Both the position numbers and the translations under genes were made by a program. A stretch of 64,000 nucleotides of DNA from an uncultured Acidimicrobiia bacterium (GTDB taxonomy: Bacteria > Actinomycetota > Acidimicrobiia > Acidimicrobiales > AC-14), in assembly GCA_963836205.1 (NCBI GenBank), contig CAWIIV010000006.1:320001-384000 (forward strand), given 5' to 3'. Shown piece after piece: positions 1 through 9,987 of this stretch; within the stretch, counting starts at the first letter, position 1, and each line of letters begins with the position of its first letter. The notes under the pieces were generated by a model that did no database searches, was not told the origin of the DNA, and saw nothing but the letters and a program-made list of their open reading frames with translations.

Positions 1-1
1 C

Positions 2-847
2 GGGAGCCTCTCCCCGCCTGTGGTCTATGACGAGGACTTCGGGTCGGGAAGCGGCGGGTGGACCTACTACGCGGACTGCCCTCCCGCCCCCGGCGGTTGC
101 ATTCACTCCAGCGAATGGCACGCGGAGGACGGTGGGTACATCCGGTCGTCCGCTCCCTACTGGCTGGATCCCAACCACATCAGTCCCGGTCTCGGTGCCC
201 TCAACTTGCCCGGTGTCCTGTGGATGAACGGCGTCAACGGCGGCCTGCCTCTCCCATCGCTCGACCTCGGCAACTCGACGATGGAGCTCAGGATCAAGAC
301 CGTCGGCCTCACCCCCGCGGGCGCACACCTACGCCTGTGGTTTCAGCGCTGGAATCCCGACATCGGAAGATTCGTCAACTACGCGTTCACGGGAGCAGCG
401 CTGGAGAACCTGGCCACTCCCGGCGCTTGGAGCGACATCAGCATCACGTGGGACGAATCCGGGGCCGGGTGGTCCTGCCTCGGTTCCAGGGTGGCTCGGG
501 AGGACACGTACGGATGTTCCGACGTCGTAGCTTCCCTGCACGACGTGAACGCCGACTTCGGCCTCATCCTGCTTCCTGTCGACCCGGCCACTCCGGTGAC
601 AGGAGCGGTGCTGGTGGGACGGGTTCACATCGTGCGCAACATCTCTGTGCACCTGTCGGCCGACGATCTCGACCCGTCGACACTGCCTGTCACCGCCCAA
701 ACACCCCTCCTGAACGGCGCTTTCGTCGCCAACCTGGATCTCTCGACGCTTCGTGACGGGGCGATCCGGATCGAGGCGGTCGTCACCGGGGCCAACTCCC
801 TGCCCAGCCTGCCCGTCACCCGCACCGTGACGAAGGACACCTCGTAG
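2..847 (+). CDS. 5'-truncated secreted/surface protein: Trp/Cys-rich beta-sandwich (CBM/lectin-like) region plus C-terminal Ig-like segment
   Basis: Frame is open from the window edge. C-terminus LDLSTLRDGAIRIEA...VTKDT resembles bacterial Ig-like repeats. Confidence 0.5.
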   Translation, partial: GSLSPPVVYDEDFGSGSGGWTYYADCPPAPGGCIHSSEWHAEDGGYIRSSAPYWLDPNHISPGLGALNLPGVLWMNGVNGGLPLPSLDLGNSTMELRIKTVGLTPAGAHLRLWFQRWNPDIGRFVNYAFTGAALENLATPGAWSDISITWDESGAGWSCLGSRVAREDTYGCSDVVASLHDVNADFGLILLPVDPATPVTGAVLVGRVHIVRNISVHLSADDLDPSTLPVTAQTPLLNGAFVANLDLSTLRDGAIRIEAVVTGANSLPSLPVTRTVTKDTS

Positions 848-895
848 CCCCAAAGCCCGACCGGCGGTGCGGCTCCGGCGGCTCCAGGGGCGCAC

Positions 896-1849
896 TCAGG
901 ATCGGCTTGACGGCCACCCGTCAGCGGCCACTCTGCGCAGGAAGCGGCCGACCCGCACGGCGGGGCGCAGGACGACGAGGCGGCGCGCCCGGCGCATGGC
1001 GACCGTGCGCCGCGAATCGGCCGCCGGTGCATACCGGGAATCCGCCTGGTAGGCGGCGACATCGATCTGCTCACCGGCGAGAAGGCGATCCACCACGTCG
1101 TTCAGGAGAGGGGCGGTGGCAAACCTGCTCGTATGGCCCCCCGTCTTGCGCGCGTCGACCGTCACGTCCCCGCCCTTCGATCGCCACTGCTCCACAAGGG
1201 GCACGATCTGCTCGTCGTAGACGCCCGTATCGTCCCGGCAGGACTGTACGAAGAGGTTCGGGAGCGGCTCGGTCGGCACCCGCGTCTCGATCAACCGCCT
1301 GATCTGCCTCGTGTAAGGCCAATTGTGCTCCGCGAGGGGATCCCCGTCGGGACAGACGAACGCGACGTTGTCGAAACGGGGTGTCGTCGCCGCGCAGATG
1401 TCCAGGTCGACGTGGGGCCCGATGGCAACGATGCCGCGCATGCCGTGCAACAGCCCGAACTTGATGGCGGCCGTGCCGCCCGCCGAAGAGCCGACCGCGA
1501 CCGTGTGCGACGGGTCGACAGCGAGCCGGCTCCAGATCGTGGGGAGGATGTCGTTGATGGCCCTCTCCACGAAGAAATCACCCTTCTCGCCCGTGTAGAA
1601 CGTGCCATTCTTCGCGGAACCATAAGAGTCGCAGAAAAACAGCCAGTTATGACGTGCATCATCACCCAGCATTCGCAACCGGTGGAAGTATCCGGAGAAC
1701 TCACGCTGCTGAACACCAGGCAGTTTGATGCGCTCAAAGAAGGCGCTGAAATGAACGACCAGGTCCGTGGCGCCTTCGTACGCTCGAACGGCAAACTCAA
1801 ACTTCCGGCCGCTCGAATCGACAAAATCTTCGAAGGTGACGTTCTCCAT
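896..1849 (-). CDS. alpha/beta-hydrolase-fold protein, polysaccharide-locus associated (possible esterase/acyltransferase)
   Basis: GSSAGG nucleophile elbow, downstream Asp (CRDD) and His (GGHT), ATG with AAGGA SD. Confidence 0.65.
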   Translation of the reverse strand: MENVTFEDFVDSSGRKFEFAVRAYEGATDLVVHFSAFFERIKLPGVQQREFSGYFHRLRMLGDDARHNWLFFCDSYGSAKNGTFYTGEKGDFFVERAINDILPTIWSRLAVDPSHTVAVGSSAGGTAAIKFGLLHGMRGIVAIGPHVDLDICAATTPRFDNVAFVCPDGDPLAEHNWPYTRQIRRLIETRVPTEPLPNLFVQSCRDDTGVYDEQIVPLVEQWRSKGGDVTVDARKTGGHTSRFATAPLLNDVVDRLLAGEQIDVAAYQADSRYAPAADSRRTVAMRRARRLVVLRPAVRVGRFLRRVAADGWPSSRS

Positions 1850-2008
1850 ACCTATCCTTCCGTTTCACCAAGCAGGCTCGTAGCGACATGTGGAACCAAT
1901 GCCATTCGGGCCACAGAACCAATGGTTTGCAACGCTATCAGGGTGCCGATAGGTTGGCGGCGATCTCGACTCTCTGTCGATCGTGCGTGCTGTGAACTGA
2001 AGGAGCAG

Positions 2009-3469
2009 ATGATCGACGGCAGCGAGGACGACTCGAGGAATGTCCACGAGTCCTCCGACAGCGTCCGATCTCTCATCGGGAGCGGTTCGATCTATGCGGC
2101 CGGCAAGGCGGTCCAACTCAGCGCTGCGGTCCTCGTTCTTCCCGTACTTACCCGGCTGCTGACGCCGGGTGAATACGGAGAGATCGCCACTGCGCTCGTC
2201 GTCATTCAACTCCTCACCTTTCTAGCGGCCGGTGGGTTGCCGGTCGCCATCACTCTTGAGTTCTTCCGGGGCGAGGACGGCCCCCATCGCGCCCGAGGGC
2301 TCGTTCTGTGGACCGCGCTTGTCGGGTCGATAGTCACCCTCACCGCTCAGCTTCTCGCACCGTACTGGATCCGGATATTTGGCACTGCGGAACACCTGCC
2401 AGCCATACGAGTAGCGGTGCTAGCAACGATGCCATTGGTGGTGCTCACCGCAGTGCAGTCCCTGCTGCAGGTCCGCCGCCAACCCAAACAGTATGCCGTC
2501 GTCACGCTGGCAGGCACTGCTGGCGCCCAAGTCATCGGCCTCCTTTTCGTTCTGTTCCTCGATGCTCATGCCAGCACCTATCTAGCGGGAATGGCACTCG
2601 GCGGTGCGATTGCCGCCGGTGCCGGCCTGCTTCTCACCGGTGTCGACCGACGAGCTTGGCGAAACTGGCGTCTGCCGTACGCGGGCCTGATGGTGGGCCT
2701 CCCGACCGTTCCCCACGACGTCTCCATCTACATCATCCTTGCGGGCGATCGGGTGATCTTGGAGCGGTCCCATAGCTTCGCAACCGTCGGCCGCTACCAG
2801 ATCGCATACATCGCCGGCACCTTGGGAATCTCGCTGATGAGTGCGCTGAACAGTGCCTGGCTGCCGATCATCTATGGAGCGGCCGACCAGGTGCGCTGGA
2901 AGCTACTCGCCGACATGACCGTCAACCTCTATTGGCTGGCGGCCCTCGTGACCGGGACGCTCTCTTTGGCAGCACCCCTCATGCTGTCGATGCTTGCCGC
3001 GGATTCGTTCAAGCCTCTCGAGTTGGCGCCCATGGCATCAATGGTCGCCCTGAGCGTCCTGCCGTATGTCACCGTCGCCGCCAACGTTCTCGTCCTGCTC
3101 CATCTCGGGAAGTCAGCCTACCTGGCATGGGCCACACCCCTGTGCGCGGCGTTCAACATCGGACTGAATATCGTGTTCGTTCCCAGGTACGGCATGACGG
3201 CCAGCGCGGTGCTCACCGTGGTCACCTACTGCTTCCAGGCGATGGTCCTCAAGCTGCTCACCCGGCGTCTCGTGACCATTCCTTGGCGCAAGGGAGCGGC
3301 GACGACCCCGTGGCTGGTCGGAATGACGTTAGCCGCGCTCGGGATCGTCGTGCCCACGACAATAGTTTGGCTGGTCCTCCGGGGTGCCATCAGCGCTGTG
3401 CTCCTCGCCGGAGTGACCGCAATCGTTCTCCGGCGCTTCCGGCGAGCCGTGACGCCGGGCGTTGCATAG
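2009..3469 (+). CDS. wzx: Wzx-type oligosaccharide flippase
   Basis: Many hydrophobic helices, LPVLTRLLTPGEYG and DRVIL...VGRY motifs. Start reassigned to ATG 2009 after AAGGAG. Confidence 0.85.
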   Translation: MIDGSEDDSRNVHESSDSVRSLIGSGSIYAAGKAVQLSAAVLVLPVLTRLLTPGEYGEIATALVVIQLLTFLAAGGLPVAITLEFFRGEDGPHRARGLVLWTALVGSIVTLTAQLLAPYWIRIFGTAEHLPAIRVAVLATMPLVVLTAVQSLLQVRRQPKQYAVVTLAGTAGAQVIGLLFVLFLDAHASTYLAGMALGGAIAAGAGLLLTGVDRRAWRNWRLPYAGLMVGLPTVPHDVSIYIILAGDRVILERSHSFATVGRYQIAYIAGTLGISLMSALNSAWLPIIYGAADQVRWKLLADMTVNLYWLAALVTGTLSLAAPLMLSMLAADSFKPLELAPMASMVALSVLPYVTVAANVLVLLHLGKSAYLAWATPLCAAFNIGLNIVFVPRYGMTASAVLTVVTYCFQAMVLKLLTRRLVTIPWRKGAATTPWLVGMTLAALGIVVPTTIVWLVLRGAISAVLLAGVTAIVLRRFRRAVTPGVA

Positions 3470-3493
3470 ACCGACGCGTCGGAATCCCCGAAA

Positions 3494-4492
3494 TCAGGTC
3501 TCCTCCGATGCGACCAAGACTGGGTTCATGCCTTCCTTGGAAGCCTCGTCCCAGTTGTCGTGCTGAAGCTGATAGTCGTTTCGGGCGAACTCCACCTGCA
3601 CCACCAGCCGATCACCAAACACCGGTGGCGAGCCCTTGTGAAAGGCGCGGGTGTCCTCCGCGAAACCGTGACCGGCGGGGCCCGTGATCTCGACGATCCG
3701 CTCGACACCGTATTCCGCTTCGATCTCCTCGTCGGTGCGCCGGCGAAGCCGGAGCTGATGGCGCAGTGCCTTCTTCGTGTGCGTGCCCCGCACGCAGACG
3801 TGGGGGCCGCTGTTCTCGTCGACGTCCGTGAGGTAGAAGAAGAACTTGAGGAATCGATAGTCGTCCAAGTCGAAGTGGAACATCTGGGCGGCCATCGATC
3901 GCTCCTCGGCGCTAACGTCGACGGCGAAGCTCCACCAGAGCACGGTGGCCAGGAGAACCGGCGGCGCCCGCAGATACGACTCCGCAATCTGTCGCAGGGT
4001 GCCGTCATGTGCGAGCTTCGCGATCGCCGGGCAGTCAGCCTGTGTGTTGTTGTAGGTCCCGATCGCGAACGACTTGTCGAACCGCGCCTTCACTGTCGCC
4101 TTTTCGTCGTAGAGGAACGCGAACGCCGGATTCCGGTCTCCGTAGCACGGGTTCTTGCGGGCGAACTCCCAGATCTCCTTCTGGATCGACGTCGGCAGTC
4201 GCAGCCCGAGGTAGCAGCCGTCACGCTCGAGACCGGCGACGACCTTGGCGACATCCAGATCGGGGAAGACCGTGGGCCCAGGCGCGGTGTCGCTTCGGCG
4301 ACGCCGCATGGACGCAATCGAGCGAGCAATGTCGAACCGCCCAACGGCGCGCATCAACGCCCAATCTGGGTGGTGCCTATAGACGTTGACCTTCGATCTC
4401 ACTTTCGGCCTATTGGCCCTCAGTCGAGCCACGCTCGCGCGCGCTGGGCCCCAGAGGCGCACAGCCATCCTGCCACTTCCCTTCTCGATCAA
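3494..4492 (-). CDS. PhyH-like Fe(II)/2-oxoglutarate dioxygenase family protein
   Basis: FHFDLD (HxD), FYLTDVDENSGPH...GTH, distal HKG. Confidence 0.75.
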   Translation of the reverse strand: MIEKGSGRMAVRLWGPARASVARLRANRPKVRSKVNVYRHHPDWALMRAVGRFDIARSIASMRRRRSDTAPGPTVFPDLDVAKVVAGLERDGCYLGLRLPTSIQKEIWEFARKNPCYGDRNPAFAFLYDEKATVKARFDKSFAIGTYNNTQADCPAIAKLAHDGTLRQIAESYLRAPPVLLATVLWWSFAVDVSAEERSMAAQMFHFDLDDYRFLKFFFYLTDVDENSGPHVCVRGTHTKKALRHQLRLRRRTDEEIEAEYGVERIVEITGPAGHGFAEDTRAFHKGSPPVFGDRLVVQVEFARNDYQLQHDNWDEASKEGMNPVLVASEET

Positions 4493-5856
4493 CTACCTAT
4501 CAACGAGGGGACGTACTTGTCGATACTAGTCGCCAATTGTGTCATATGGGGTCCGTCGGACCCCTTCCTCTGCCCGAACTCACGCCACGACTCGAAGAGG
4601 TCGGCAGGAATACAGGTGCGGAGCACCTGCCTGACGATCTCCTGGCGTCTCTCCTCATCCGGGAGCACGAAGCCCTCGACACGGCGGGGCAATGTCGCGA
4701 TGTCGGGCCGCGCCTCCAGGCGAAGGAACGCGCCATCCACGAAATAGTAGGGATCCGTGACGATGGACACCCGACCAGCCAGCGCCGCCTGCATTCCCAC
4801 CGTGCCGGCCAGCGTGAAGGTGCCTCGCGTCTCGGCCATGAGCGTCTGCGAAGGGACCTCGTAGGGCACGAACACGACGCGGTCGATCGCAGCCAGTTGC
4901 TCGACGAGCTCGATGCGCTGGAATCCGAACATGTTCGGATGATCCTTGACGAGCACCAAATAGCCGGCGGCCGAAAAGGTCGCAACAACGTCTATCAGGG
5001 TTGCATGATAGTCGAGGAGACTTCGAGATCGGACCCAGTAGTCGATCGTCGACTCCGGGTACACGCCGAGGGCTACGAAGATCCGCCTTTCGACTGGGTG
5101 CTCGTGAGCGACCCTCTTCCAGTCCGCGTTGAAATGCCTCACCACCCCGTAGTCGCGGATCCGCATCCTCCATCCGCAGTCGGGCCGACTGAGCCAGTAA
5201 TGCATGTTGAGCGAATCCCTGTTCCACAACCCGATGGCACGGAAGGCTGGGGCCCGCGCCGTGTAGTGGGCGTACTTCTTCGCGAACTCGAAGGGGCCAT
5301 AATGTGGCCTTGTGGGTAGAAATGGTGCAAACGAGTCTGATGTGACCGACTGAAACGTCGTCGCGACCTCATCGAAGTCAGGTTCGCGGACTTGGTTGTG
5401 CTCACCGCGGGTGGTGACGAGCGTCTGTCCGGCGATGGGCGCACCACTGATCCCGACGTACTTGATGCCACGAGCGGACAGGATCCGATCAAGGATGTCT
5501 ACTGCGTAATAGTCGATGCAGAACGAGAGGAGAAGGTCAGGTTGCTCCTGGTCGATGATATCGACCAGGGCTCTGAGCATCGCGCCCACCATCTTCAGCG
5601 CCACCTGCGGATCAAACTGCCGAAGGAAGCGACAACGCATCCTGATCTCTTCACAGCCCGCTTCCCCGAAAGCGGCCCACGCTGCCGTCTCGTTATCAGG
5701 TCTGCACATCCACCGGTAGAACGACGGCATCACGTATACGTCAGCATCGTTCCGGAACTCGCTGACCACGACGGTGTCTTCGGCGAGCGCGAGTCGAGAG
5801 GCGAGCCGGCGCCACCAATCGGTCTTCCGGTATCGAGAGTAGATCATGACCTTCAC
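4489..5856 (-). CDS. KpsS/Capsule_synth-like glycosyltransferase, candidate nonulosonate (Pse) transferase
   Basis: YPESTID, VKDHP and GTVGMQAALAG motifs typical of KpsS/KpsC-like proteins. Located next to the pse genes. Confidence 0.6.
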   Translation of the reverse strand: MKVMIYSRYRKTDWWRRLASRLALAEDTVVVSEFRNDADVYVMPSFYRWMCRPDNETAAWAAFGEAGCEEIRMRCRFLRQFDPQVALKMVGAMLRALVDIIDQEQPDLLLSFCIDYYAVDILDRILSARGIKYVGISGAPIAGQTLVTTRGEHNQVREPDFDEVATTFQSVTSDSFAPFLPTRPHYGPFEFAKKYAHYTARAPAFRAIGLWNRDSLNMHYWLSRPDCGWRMRIRDYGVVRHFNADWKRVAHEHPVERRIFVALGVYPESTIDYWVRSRSLLDYHATLIDVVATFSAAGYLVLVKDHPNMFGFQRIELVEQLAAIDRVVFVPYEVPSQTLMAETRGTFTLAGTVGMQAALAGRVSIVTDPYYFVDGAFLRLEARPDIATLPRRVEGFVLPDEERRQEIVRQVLRTCIPADLFESWREFGQRKGSDGPHMTQLATSIDKYVPSLIGS

Positions 5857-6566
5857 GGCGACCCAGTGTCTCGGGTGACCAGGGGGAGTATTCGGTTCAT
5901 CAAATAGTCGGCGAGGAGCTCGTGGTAGGGCTGCTTCAAATGGAACCAGTCACAGTTCCGAAATGGCCCGTAGGTCTCGGGATCGACAATGGGCCCAGTA
6001 ACCAGGTTGACACCATATTCGGCCCGGAGGCCATGGCAGACCCGGCGCGCCCGATCGTTGTGGGCGGGGCCGAAGACACCGGCAGAGACCTCGAAGATCG
6101 GGATGGTGAGCACGACCGGTGCGTGATGGCTGAGCTGTGCCACAAGCTTCACATGCTCTTCGATGATCTCCTCGACAGTCGCATAATATTCCCCGTGGTT
6201 GCGGACGATGGCCAGGCGTAGCAAGAAGAAGGGAAGGCGGATCACCCAGGCTGGACCGAAGCTCGGAGGCACAAAGAACAGGCCGTCTCGGCAGAATGAG
6301 AAGCCGGCCTTTCTCGCCACCTGAAGTGGACGCCGCGGCATCCTTGGATGCACATCGGGGTTGCCAAGATGCACGACAATGACGTCGTACCGGCCCAAGT
6401 CCTGCTCGAACAGTCTTGGCCGGACCTTTGCGATCGGGACCCCGCCGTAGCTCCTGACGTCGACGATCACGCCGTGGGATGCCATCTTCCGAGCCAGCGT
6501 CTTGGCGTACCCGGAAGCCCCCCATTCGGACCCCACCGAGTCGCACACCAACAGGACTGCTGCCAT
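5853..6566 (-). CDS. SGNH/GDSL hydrolase-like protein
   Basis: N-terminal CDS (GDS-like) motif, LGNPD block, C-terminal DWFH (DxxH). Overlaps the next gene's start. Confidence 0.55.
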   Translation of the reverse strand: MAAVLLVCDSVGSEWGASGYAKTLARKMASHGVIVDVRSYGGVPIAKVRPRLFEQDLGRYDVIVVHLGNPDVHPRMPRRPLQVARKAGFSFCRDGLFFVPPSFGPAWVIRLPFFLLRLAIVRNHGEYYATVEEIIEEHVKLVAQLSHHAPVVLTIPIFEVSAGVFGPAHNDRARRVCHGLRAEYGVNLVTGPIVDPETYGPFRNCDWFHLKQPYHELLADYLMNRILPLVTRDTGSP

Positions 6567-6935
6567 CTACGGCCAGGCTCTCACGGTTTCGCCGGCCGAC
6601 GGCCCGGCCGGTGTCCGGCGCACAGATGCCTTTGCTGCGCCGCCACGCCCGTACCAGCATCTTTCGCAAGCGTCGCTTGGCAGCGGTGGATTCCTCTCAA
6701 CTGGCCGCCCTCGGACGAGCACCGACCCCTTGCTCCCGGACGTTTGCGCCAGAAGGTGCTCGGTAGCCTGTCGCTCCTTGCCACCGGGCGTCAACGTTTC
6801 CAGCCTACTCGGACCACTCGGCCGCGCCGCGTACCCCCCGAGCCTCCATCCCCGAGGTACCAGCACCTCCTAGCGTACGAGTGATGCGCCGGATTCTGCA
6901 TTGCCGAAGGATCTCCGCCGCGTGATCGGTCGTCT

Positions 6936-8384
6936 GTGACCCGACCCTCGATCGTCGACGCGGGGGCAACGCTCGGTGCTCTGGTGGTTCGGGCCGACGC
7001 CGGCCGGGGCCGCGGCCATGGGCACGTGCTCCGTCAGCTGGCCCTCGCCCAGGCCTGGTCCCGCAGGGGTGGCACGGTAACCCTCGTCACCGTCCGTCCA
7101 CCTCCGACCGTGACGGCTCGGTGGCAGGACGAAGGCGCCGAGGTGCTCGATCTCGACGAATGCCCGGCTGCTCGCCTGCTGGAGGTGGCGCTCGAACGCG
7201 CTGCCAACTGGGTGTCGCTCGATGGCTACCACCTCGGTGCCCCCCAGGACCGGCTGCGGGAACAGGGCCTGCGGGTGCTGGTCGTCGATGATCATGGCGG
7301 TATGGGCGCGTGCCAGGCGGACGTGATCGTCGACCAGAACGTCGGCGCCTCGCCGGAGGACTACGCCGACCGGCCGAACGAGGGTTTGCTCCTGCTGGGG
7401 ACTCGGTACGCCCTACTGCGACGACAGTTCATGCCTTCCGCCGGCTGGCAGCGCATCGTCCCCGAGCGACCCCGAACGATCCTCGTCACCCTGGGGGGCG
7501 CACCGCCGGCGGGGCCTCTTGCCCTAATCAGGGACGCCGTCACGTCTGCCTTCCCCGATGCCGAACGGGTCGAACTGGTCGACGAGTCGGATGACAACCG
7601 GATCGTCGACCTCCTGACCAGGAGCGATGTCGCGGTGTCCGCCTCGGGGTCCACGGCGTGGGAGCTGTGCCTGATGCGGGTTCCGACCGCCTACGTCGCG
7701 GTCGCCGACAACCAACGACCCGTGGCCCGTCGGCTCGCGGAGATCGGCTGCGCACTGGATCTCGGAAACGTGAGAGATCTTGAGATGGGTCGACTGACCG
7801 ATGCCCTCCGCCGGCTCTCCGAACCGGGGACCCGATCGGCGATGGCGAGCCGTTGTGCGGGTCTCGTAGATGGCCGCGGCGCGAGCCGCATCGTGACGGC
7901 GCTCCAAGCGGAGCTGCTGGAAGTCCGGCGAGCGACCGGGGCCGACGCCGAGCTCCTGTTCGGTTGGCGAAATGATCCCGCTGCCCGCAGTTGGTCCTTC
8001 AACCCCGCGGAGCTGACCTGGGAGGAGCACCTCGCTTGGCTCCACCGACGGCTCACCGGGGCGGATTGCGTGATCTACGTCGTCAGCGCGCCGTCGGGGC
8101 CGCCCATCGGGCAGGTCCGATTCGACCGGGCGGGCGACGGCTCGGCTGACTCGCAGATCAGCCTGAGCCTGGATGCGAGCGCCAGGGGCCATGGCCTCGG
8201 CGCGGCCTTGATCCGCGCCGGGCTGCGGCGATACCGGTCAGACGCGGGTATCGGCCACATCGAGGCTCGGGTCAAGCCCGGCAACATCGCGTCGGTCGCG
8301 TCCCTCGACCTCGCCGGGTTCGTACCCCACGGCGATGCCGTGGGCGACGGCCTCATGGTGCGTTACGGGTTGGAGCTCGCGTGA
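6936..8384 (+). CDS. pseG: fused UDP-2,4-diacetamido-trideoxy-altropyranose hydrolase (PseG) / GNAT N-acetyltransferase (PseH-like)
   Basis: RADA..GHGHVLR, LDGY, VDD, G.RYALLR, VADNQ, VDGRGASR, then GNAT domain (WRNDP, EEHLAW, IGQVRFD, RGHGLG, NIAS). Confidence 0.85.
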   Translation: MTRPSIVDAGATLGALVVRADAGRGRGHGHVLRQLALAQAWSRRGGTVTLVTVRPPPTVTARWQDEGAEVLDLDECPAARLLEVALERAANWVSLDGYHLGAPQDRLREQGLRVLVVDDHGGMGACQADVIVDQNVGASPEDYADRPNEGLLLLGTRYALLRRQFMPSAGWQRIVPERPRTILVTLGGAPPAGPLALIRDAVTSAFPDAERVELVDESDDNRIVDLLTRSDVAVSASGSTAWELCLMRVPTAYVAVADNQRPVARRLAEIGCALDLGNVRDLEMGRLTDALRRLSEPGTRSAMASRCAGLVDGRGASRIVTALQAELLEVRRATGADAELLFGWRNDPAARSWSFNPAELTWEEHLAWLHRRLTGADCVIYVVSAPSGPPIGQVRFDRAGDGSADSQISLSLDASARGHGLGAALIRAGLRRYRSDAGIGHIEARVKPGNIASVASLDLAGFVPHGDAVGDGLMVRYGLELA

Positions 8385-8535
8385 GCGGCGAGGAGCATCA
8401 GTACGGTCGGCCGGGCCACGGCCCGTCGGCGTCGAGGCTGGTCGGGATAGCATGCACGTCTGGTCGCTTGATGATGAAGGCCGACGTACGCACGCGCAGC
8501 CCGGCCTGGGTCCGGACACGGGTCGAGGATCGACG

Positions 8536-9987
8536 ATGACCTCCAGGATGACCTCCAGCGTGACGCGCCCCGTTCGCCGCCGACGCCGCTCCAAGGTACG
8601 TCGCGTTCTTTTCACAAAATGCTGCCGTACCCCGGCCAGCCTCATGTTCACGGCATGGGGAGCATACGCCGTGCTGTTCATCTTCGGACCGGTGACACCG
8701 GTGGCCCGCATTCGCTGGTCCACCTGGGGATTCATCGGCCTCTGCGTCGCCGTGTTCTTTCTCGGCTGCCTAAGCTCTCGGCGGAAATCAAGGATCTCGA
8801 CAAAGGCGACCGCTGGGCTGCCACTTCGTGACCTGCAACGCCTCATCCAGAGGTTCGCGATCGTCGGTATGGTGGGGGGAGCCTTCGTCGTCATCGACAA
8901 ACTATTCCTGAGCGGGCTGGATCTATCCTCCGGGTTCACCAGCGCCAGATTTCAGTCGGCAGAGCTCGGAGCGGCGTTCTCCAACAGCTACGCACGTTCC
9001 CCACTCCTGTATATCGGGCAGGTGACGTACTCGTTCAGTCTCATCTCCTTTGTGTGCTACATCCTCAACGCGGAGCGGCTCCCGATCCGCCTGCTGTACT
9101 TCACCACAGTGTCGCTGATCAGCCCCTTCGCGGTGGCGATCGTGTATGGCGGGCGGTCGGTGCTCTTCATCGCCCTCGTGCTCCCGATCGGAGCACTCCT
9201 GATCCGGAGATTGCGCGGGCGCAGGAGTGCCGTCAAGCGTCTGAAACCGATGGTCGTCATGTTTCTCATCGTGAGCGTGATGGCCGTCGTGTATGACAAC
9301 AGCATTCAACGGGACCGCCGGACCATTCTCGGAGTCACCGACTACCTTACCGAACTGAAGAACACGGAATCGGCACGAAACTTCCGAACCAAGCCGTGGG
9401 TGGTGGACCTCATCAAGGCCGGTGCACCACCCAACGCAGTCATACAGGTGCTGAGCCTCAGCGTCTATGCCGTTCAAGGCCCGCCGCATTTCGACCTCAT
9501 CATCCATGCCGACAACCCTGTCGGACCATTCTACGGTCAATATGAGATCGCTAGCCTGGGAACCTGGTTCGGAAGGATCGTCCCCGAGCTGAGCGTCGTC
9601 GACCGGATGTATGCCGAACTGGACGACGCGAAGGTCCTCGGAGTGTTCGTCTCGACCTGGGGATCGCTCTTTGTCGATTTTGGCCCGATCGGAATGCTCC
9701 TCATCGCGTTTCTTTGGGGGTGGTTCAGCTCGCGCGTCTGGGCGGCGGCGACGAAGTCGGATCATCTCGGGGCGCAGGTCTTGGCCTCATTTCTCTTCCT
9801 GACGATCATCTCCTGCCCGATCCACTCTGCGATCGGGGCCGGCACCGGCACCTTCCTCGCTTTGGATGTGCTCATCGCCTATAGGCTGCTCTCCCCCAAG
9901 AGGAAACACGTAGGGCGATCTCGACGGGCGGCACCGCGAATTTCGGTCGCCAGGCCGAAGGTCGCATCAACCGTGTCCGGCGCGTGA
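8536..9987 (+). CDS. wzy: Wzy O-antigen/polysaccharide polymerase
   Basis: Multiple TM helices, GGRS motif, large extracytoplasmic loop, FVDFGPIG motif. Start uncertain. Confidence 0.7.
   Translation: MTSRMTSSVTRPVRRRRRSKVRRVLFTKCCRTPASLMFTAWGAYAVLFIFGPVTPVARIRWSTWGFIGLCVAVFFLGCLSSRRKSRISTKATAGLPLRDLQRLIQRFAIVGMVGGAFVVIDKLFLSGLDLSSGFTSARFQSAELGAAFSNSYARSPLLYIGQVTYSFSLISFVCYILNAERLPIRLLYFTTVSLISPFAVAIVYGGRSVLFIALVLPIGALLIRRLRGRRSAVKRLKPMVVMFLIVSVMAVVYDNSIQRDRRTILGVTDYLTELKNTESARNFRTKPWVVDLIKAGAPPNAVIQVLSLSVYAVQGPPHFDLIIHADNPVGPFYGQYEIASLGTWFGRIVPELSVVDRMYAELDDAKVLGVFVSTWGSLFVDFGPIGMLLIAFLWGWFSSRVWAAATKSDHLGAQVLASFLFLTIISCPIHSAIGAGTGTFLALDVLIAYRLLSPKRKHVGRSRRAAPRISVARPKVASTVSGA

Noticed and set aside
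1133-2008. N-terminal 292 aa of the 778-aa ORF
   Set aside because: Largely an antisense shadow of the hydrolase gene. The flippase has its own SD and ATG at 2009.
8535-8558. 12-bp tandem duplication GATGACCTCCAG x2 at the wzy start
   Set aside because: Two in-frame copies only. No evidence for phase variation.
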